A DNA stretch of 64,000 nucleotides from contig JAWLHQ010000003.1 of the NCBI GenBank assembly GCA_041690215.1, positions 330,518 to 394,517 on the forward strand. Reading direction: 5' to 3'. The stretch comes from Rhodothermales bacterium (GTDB taxonomy: Bacteria; Bacteroidota; Rhodothermia; Rhodothermales; DASSAV01). The translations under genes and the position numbers were made by a program. Positions 62,459 through 64,000 of this stretch are shown here, one piece after another; the stretch's first letter is position 1, and each line of letters opens with the position of its first letter. The notes below the pieces were generated by a model. It saw only the letters and a program-made list of their open reading frames with translations. It searched no databases and was not told where the DNA came from.

Positions 62459-64000
62459 CTACTCTTCGAACCGGTATACCCCGTGAATGCCCTCCAGCCG
62501 CTTGAGCCGTTCGATCAGTCGGCGGAGATGCTCCAGGTCGCTCACGTTGAGCACGATGGTGCCTTCGAAGATTCCATCATCCGTATCGACGGTGATGGAG
62601 CGAATATTGGTCTTGAGGTTTCGCGAGATGACGGTTGTAATGTCGCTCACGATACCGACGCGATCCTCGCCCATGATACGGAGTGCCGCGACGAACTGGA
62701 CGTCCTTCTGACGGCTCCACTCGACCGGTACGATGCGGTCCGGATGGTTGATGAGCAGGTTCGGTGCGTTCCGGCAGTTGACCCGGTGGATCTTAATCCC
62801 TCCTGCCCGGCTTACGTAGCCGAACACCTCGTCGCCCGGAATGGGGTTGCAGCACGTCGCATACTGCGTGACAATGTCTGTATGCAGTTCTCCGTCGATG
62901 AGGAGCGAGGCCTTGCCGCTCGTCTGAGCGGTATCCAGAAAGCTCTCGTACTGGAGCCGGAGCGTTTCGCCCGGTACCGGCTCGTCCGCCTTTTCCTGGG
63001 CCGCGGAAGGCTCCTCCGGCGCACGTGCCGAGAAGCCATTCTTGACGTACTGGACGAAGTCGTCCGCGTCGTACAGCCCCGTCCCGATCTCATAGAACAT
63101 CTGCTGCGGGTTCGGGAACTTGAGCTTGGCGACGTAGCGGCTGAGATCCTGTTCGTCGATTTCCAGGTGAGCTCTGGCGATCTTCTTCTCCCAGACCTCC
63201 CGGCCGAGATCTACGGCCTTGCGGCGCTTCTCGTTGATCCAGTGGCGGATCCGGCTGCGCGCCTTGTGCGTCACCACGAACTTCATCCAGTCCGGGTTCG
63301 GCGTCTGCTTCTTGGAGGTGATGATCTCCACCTGATCGCCGCTTTTCAGCCGTGCCGAGAGCGGCACCATCTTTCCGTTGACCTTCGCCCCGATACAGTG
63401 GAAGCCGACCTCCGTGTGTACGGTAAACGCGAAGTCTACCGGAGTAGCACCGCTGGGCAGGCTGAGCAGATCACCTTTCGGCGTGAAGACGTAGATCTCC
63501 TCGTCGTACAGGTTCAGCCGGAACTCCTTTACGAACTCGGTAGCCTGGTCCGGCTTCGGATTTTCCAGCAGGTCGCGCACCCACGAGAGCCATGTATCGA
63601 GCCGCTCTTCGGACTGGGAGACACCCTCCTTATATTTCCAGTGCGCAGCGACGCCACGTTCGGCAATCTCGTGCATCTCCTGCGTGCGGATCTGCACTTC
63701 CACGCGCCGCCCTGCAGGCCCGAGCACGGTTGTATGTAGGCTCTGGTAGCCGTTCGACTTGGGCACGGAGATGAAGTCGCGGAAGCGTTCCGGTAGAGGG
63801 CGGTACAGATCCGTGATGATGGAGTACACGCGCCAGCAGTCCTCCTTGCCTTTCTTGTCCGTGCTTTTCAGAACGATGCGAATGGCAAAGAGATCATAGA
63901 TCTCCTCGAGCGGCTTGCCCTGCCGCTTCATCTTCCGGTAGATCGAGTAGATGTTCTTCGGACGGCCGTAGATATCGAACTCGAATCCTTCGCTCTGGAG
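62459..64000 (-). CDS. RelA/SpoT-family (p)ppGpp synthetase/hydrolase, C-terminal ~510 codons; 5' end beyond the right window edge
   Basis: The frame remains open from 63931 to 64000 (LQSEGFEFDIYGRPKNIYSIYRKM-KRQGKPLEEIYDLFAIRIVL, synthetase domain). The TGS region (VFTPKGDLLSLPSGATPVDFAFTVHTEVG) and a C-terminal ACT-like region (GIFEGTIVLNVSDLEHLRRLIERLKRLEGI) follow. Confidence 0.9.
   Translation of the reverse strand, partial: LQSEGFEFDIYGRPKNIYSIYRKMKRQGKPLEEIYDLFAIRIVLKSTDKKGKEDCWRVYSIITDLYRPLPERFRDFISVPKSNGYQSLHTTVLGPAGRRVEVQIRTQEMHEIAERGVAAHWKYKEGVSQSEERLDTWLSWVRDLLENPKPDQATEFVKEFRLNLYDEEIYVFTPKGDLLSLPSGATPVDFAFTVHTEVGFHCIGAKVNGKMVPLSARLKSGDQVEIITSKKQTPNPDWMKFVVTHKARSRIRHWINEKRRKAVDLGREVWEKKIARAHLEIDEQDLSRYVAKLKFPNPQQMFYEIGTGLYDADDFVQYVKNGFSARAPEEPSAAQEKADEPVPGETLRLQYESFLDTAQTSGKASLLIDGELHTDIVTQYATCCNPIPGDEVFGYVSRAGGIKIHRVNCRNAPNLLINHPDRIVPVEWSRQKDVQFVAALRIMGEDRVGIVSDITTVISRNLKTNIRSITVDTDDGIFEGTIVLNVSDLEHLRRLIERLKRLEGIHGVYRFEE

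Noticed and set aside
62483-63739. 418-aa plus-strand ORF antisense to relA/spoT
   Set aside because: The minus frame carries synthetase, TGS and ACT signatures.
1-64000. Prophage, integrative element, IS or transposon content
   Set aside because: I saw no integrase, transposase, recombinase or phage structural genes in any frame, and no flanking tRNA or long direct repeats.

Overview
This is a GC-rich bacterial chromosomal segment (GC judged by eye, not computed). The gene content looks Bacteroidota/Rhodothermota-like: several TonB-dependent receptors with carboxypeptidase-regulatory-like N-termini, a GldE-like CNNM protein, ThuA/GSDH fusion proteins and few obvious Shine-Dalgarno sites. 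The taxon is an inference only. I can support about 55 protein-coding genes. I found no rRNA, tRNA, CRISPR array, transposase or integrase.

Main content:
(1) A complete six-gene ebo cluster (eboA-F) runs 13176->6077 on the minus strand. This cluster is widespread, but to my knowledge its product is still unresolved. Here it sits between two paralogous loci for exported ThuA / PQQ-type (GSDH-like) sugar dehydrogenase fusions, together with a separate mono-haem cytochrome c, a stand-alone ThuA and a SusC-like receptor.
(2) There are two TonB-dependent receptor clusters with unusual accessory proteins. One has a Cys-motif membrane protein and a BNR propeller with a His-rich loop. The other has a His/Asp/Glu-rich lipoprotein and a His-rich membrane protein.
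(3) A ~0.9 kb non-coding stretch (33.26-34.12 kb) is G-rich on the plus strand. It is packed with GC-rich palindromic hairpins of a family that also occurs at 8.8 kb and 27.5 kb.
(4) An accessory-looking stretch (51.9-60.3 kb) holds a HEPN/MNT pair, a MerC-like gene plus an RHH/zinc-ribbon gene behind a perfect 13-4-13 inverted repeat, an M23 peptidase, a subclass B3 metallo-beta-lactamase and a decayed MITE-like element.
(5) An RsbU/RsbV/RsbW-type partner-switching module and a pilin-like/PilM-like gene pair are also present.

The remaining genes are housekeeping: coaD, rsmD, pdxJ, era, pdxB, purF, aat, pfkA, ubiE/menG, def, ruvX, an HU/IHF gene, a partial relA/spoT, an aminotransferase and a PGM/PMM gene.

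All family assignments come from reading the translations against motifs I remember. No database search was possible. The ORF-track M can stand for GTG or TTG, and I moved several starts and say so in each case.
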